A stretch of 64,000 bases of DNA, from NCBI GenBank assembly GCA_050084515.1, contig CM114271.1, positions 14,322,001 through 14,386,000 on the forward strand, in the 5' to 3' direction. This stretch comes from Blasia pusilla. Lineage: Eukaryota. This document shows positions 62,354 to 64,000 of the stretch, piece after piece. A program made the position numbers and the translations under genes. Positions within the stretch are counted from its first letter, which is position 1; every line of letters begins with the position of its first letter. The notes beneath the pieces were generated by a model. That model had not been told where the DNA came from and searched no databases. It saw only the letters and a list, made by a program, of their open reading frames with translations.

Positions 62354-63834
62354 CTACATACAATTGGTCATGAGAAAATACTGAGTAGGCAAGTAAATGC
62401 TCACCTTATACAAAGTTTGACTTTGGGACTTATTGATAGTCATAGCAAAAGTCAGTCGAAGAGGGAATAGAAACCTACGTAAATCAAATGGCAAACGTGA
62501 ATCTGATGCAATCAATGGGATACGTGGAACAAAAATTTGATCTCCAATATTCTTCAATGTGAAAATTTCAGCATCTATGCAATGTTGCATAAATCCATGA
62601 ATCACCAATCTTGTCACGTTTGCTTGTCCATGTACTCCTTTCATGTTTCGTAACGGCATGATTGGTGCCCCAATCTTACAACACAATCGGTGCGGAGGAA
62701 GTCCTGAAGGCAAGCATGTGTTGAAAAATTCAGTTGGATATATATGAGTCACCCCCTCGTTTGGAATAGAGTCGACGTTGAGGTAAACTTGCTCCTGTAC
62801 ACAAATATAATAAGTTTGTAAGAAAATTTAATATTAATATCTAAACTTGTAATTGAATAACTCTTTTATAAAAGTTAAAGGGATTAACTCTCTTGGAAAC
62901 CGCGACATTACGCTTGCATTTATGTTATCTACATCTTTATTTCTTGTCGTGCGCATACACATCGCCACATAACATACATCGATGTCATCGAACACACACA
63001 CAAACACACACGATCCTATGCTAACTCATGGCATCCATACACAGAGGCAAGAAGTACCAAAATATCTCCAATAAAGTAAGATCAAATCTCTCTCACAACA
63101 CTATAGTTCTCATATGTGTGCACTCTCACATGTGTCTCTTAATGTCAAACCAAACCCACTCTCCTAATGAGAGGTTTGGGTTACACACAAAAGGCAAGCA
63201 AGACCATAGCTCCGCCGCCTCATGCCAAGAGGTTCAACAAAGAGAGAATGAGCTCTCAAGCTCTCTCTCTTGGAGGTATACCCCCTTCCCTCTCCCAAGC
63301 CCTCTCAACGGTAACCTATGCTCACAGGTCACCTCCTTGGCTCTTGATCTGCTGTAGTGGATCAAAGGCCACTTCCCAAAGTGGAAAGTCAACTATCCCC
63401 AAAATAAAACTTACCCGAAATAGTAAGTTTCTCTATATGGCTCCAAATGAGCCGAAACGAAGGGGAAACATGCTCTCTCAGGTTTCCCGAGGCCTTAACT
63501 GGTCATCCTCGACCTCTTGCGTCTGTCCTCCAGTACTCGTGCAGACGCTTTGCTAGATCCCACCGATCTATCCTAACAGTTGTGACATTCTCAAAGTGAA
63601 AATTTCCTTATCTCTCAAGAAATCAATGTCATTGAATTCGGATGGAAAATTTCCATATATCAAATCAATAAGATCACATATCTTATTACTTCTAGTAACA
63701 ATTTCAGATGGTAATTGTATAAAGTCTTCTCCCAAATTTGGATGCAAAGGTACACGACCCAATCGCTTCTAATAACCAATCAGCAAAAGCTTGTTGTTCA
63801 CTATGCAAGTAACCTTCCAACCTTTGAACTCGCT
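62354..63834 (-). pseudogene. Helitron Rep/Helicase fragment (Pif1-family helicase C-terminal half), interrupted by a solo LTR
   Basis: RVQRLE...EQQAFADWLLE, LIDLIYG, IFTLR|NKDVDNIN, YPTEFFNTCLPSGLPPHRL, GAPIMPLRN, VPRIPL, LPFDLRR.LFPLRLTFAMTINKSQSQTL. AT-rich intron ~62796-62891. Confidence 0.88.
62945..63587 (-). mobile_element. Solo LTR (643 bp) with 4-bp TSD TTCT
   Basis: TTCT|TGTCGTGCGC...TGTGACA|TTCT. Removing it plus one TSD copy restores the helicase frame (F-T-L-R-N-K-D-V). Confidence 0.92.
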
Positions 63835-64000
63835 CCAATCATGCATTAGCAACATGGTTCCCTCCTTCATCTCATGTAGATAGTCCGTTCAGTAGCAACC
63901 GGCTTAGAGGTGGTAGCAGGGTTCCTCAAGGCAAGATCATTGTTGCAATGATTATTGGACGCAAAAGTCAATAGCCACAAACACTAACACTGGGTCTTCA

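Overview
Eukaryotic land-plant nuclear DNA; short GT-AG introns and the TE content suggest a non-seed plant (inference only). Four host genes are supported. (1) A UDP-arabinose/UDP-xylose 4-epimerase (MUR4/UXE-like, minus, CDS 11447-16381). (2) The m6A writer MTA/METTL3 (minus, 32269-36310, DPPW motif). (3) A single-exon multi-pass membrane protein of the At5g44860/At4g19950-like family (plus, 44544-45536). (4) CCR4-NOT subunit NOT3 (minus, 51678-60918). The space between them is mostly nested, decayed TEs: a Ty1/copia element inside a hAT-type MITE; a Ty3/gypsy chromovirus with a truncated 5' LTR; an LTR family leaving 4-bp TSDs, one copy splitting a Helitron Pif1 helicase and one forming a tandem LTR-LTR junction; and many hAT-type MITE ends. 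The most unusual item is a near-full-length, single-ORF, CRE-like non-LTR retrotransposon (C2H2 finger, RT with an LADD active site, CCHC, restriction-like endonuclease), back-to-back with a 3' fragment of a diverged relative. Other points: a 66-bp tandem array, two clear foldbacks, and a 16-bp motif shared by the copia leader and the gypsy LTR. Exon boundaries and alignments were read by eye and not computed.
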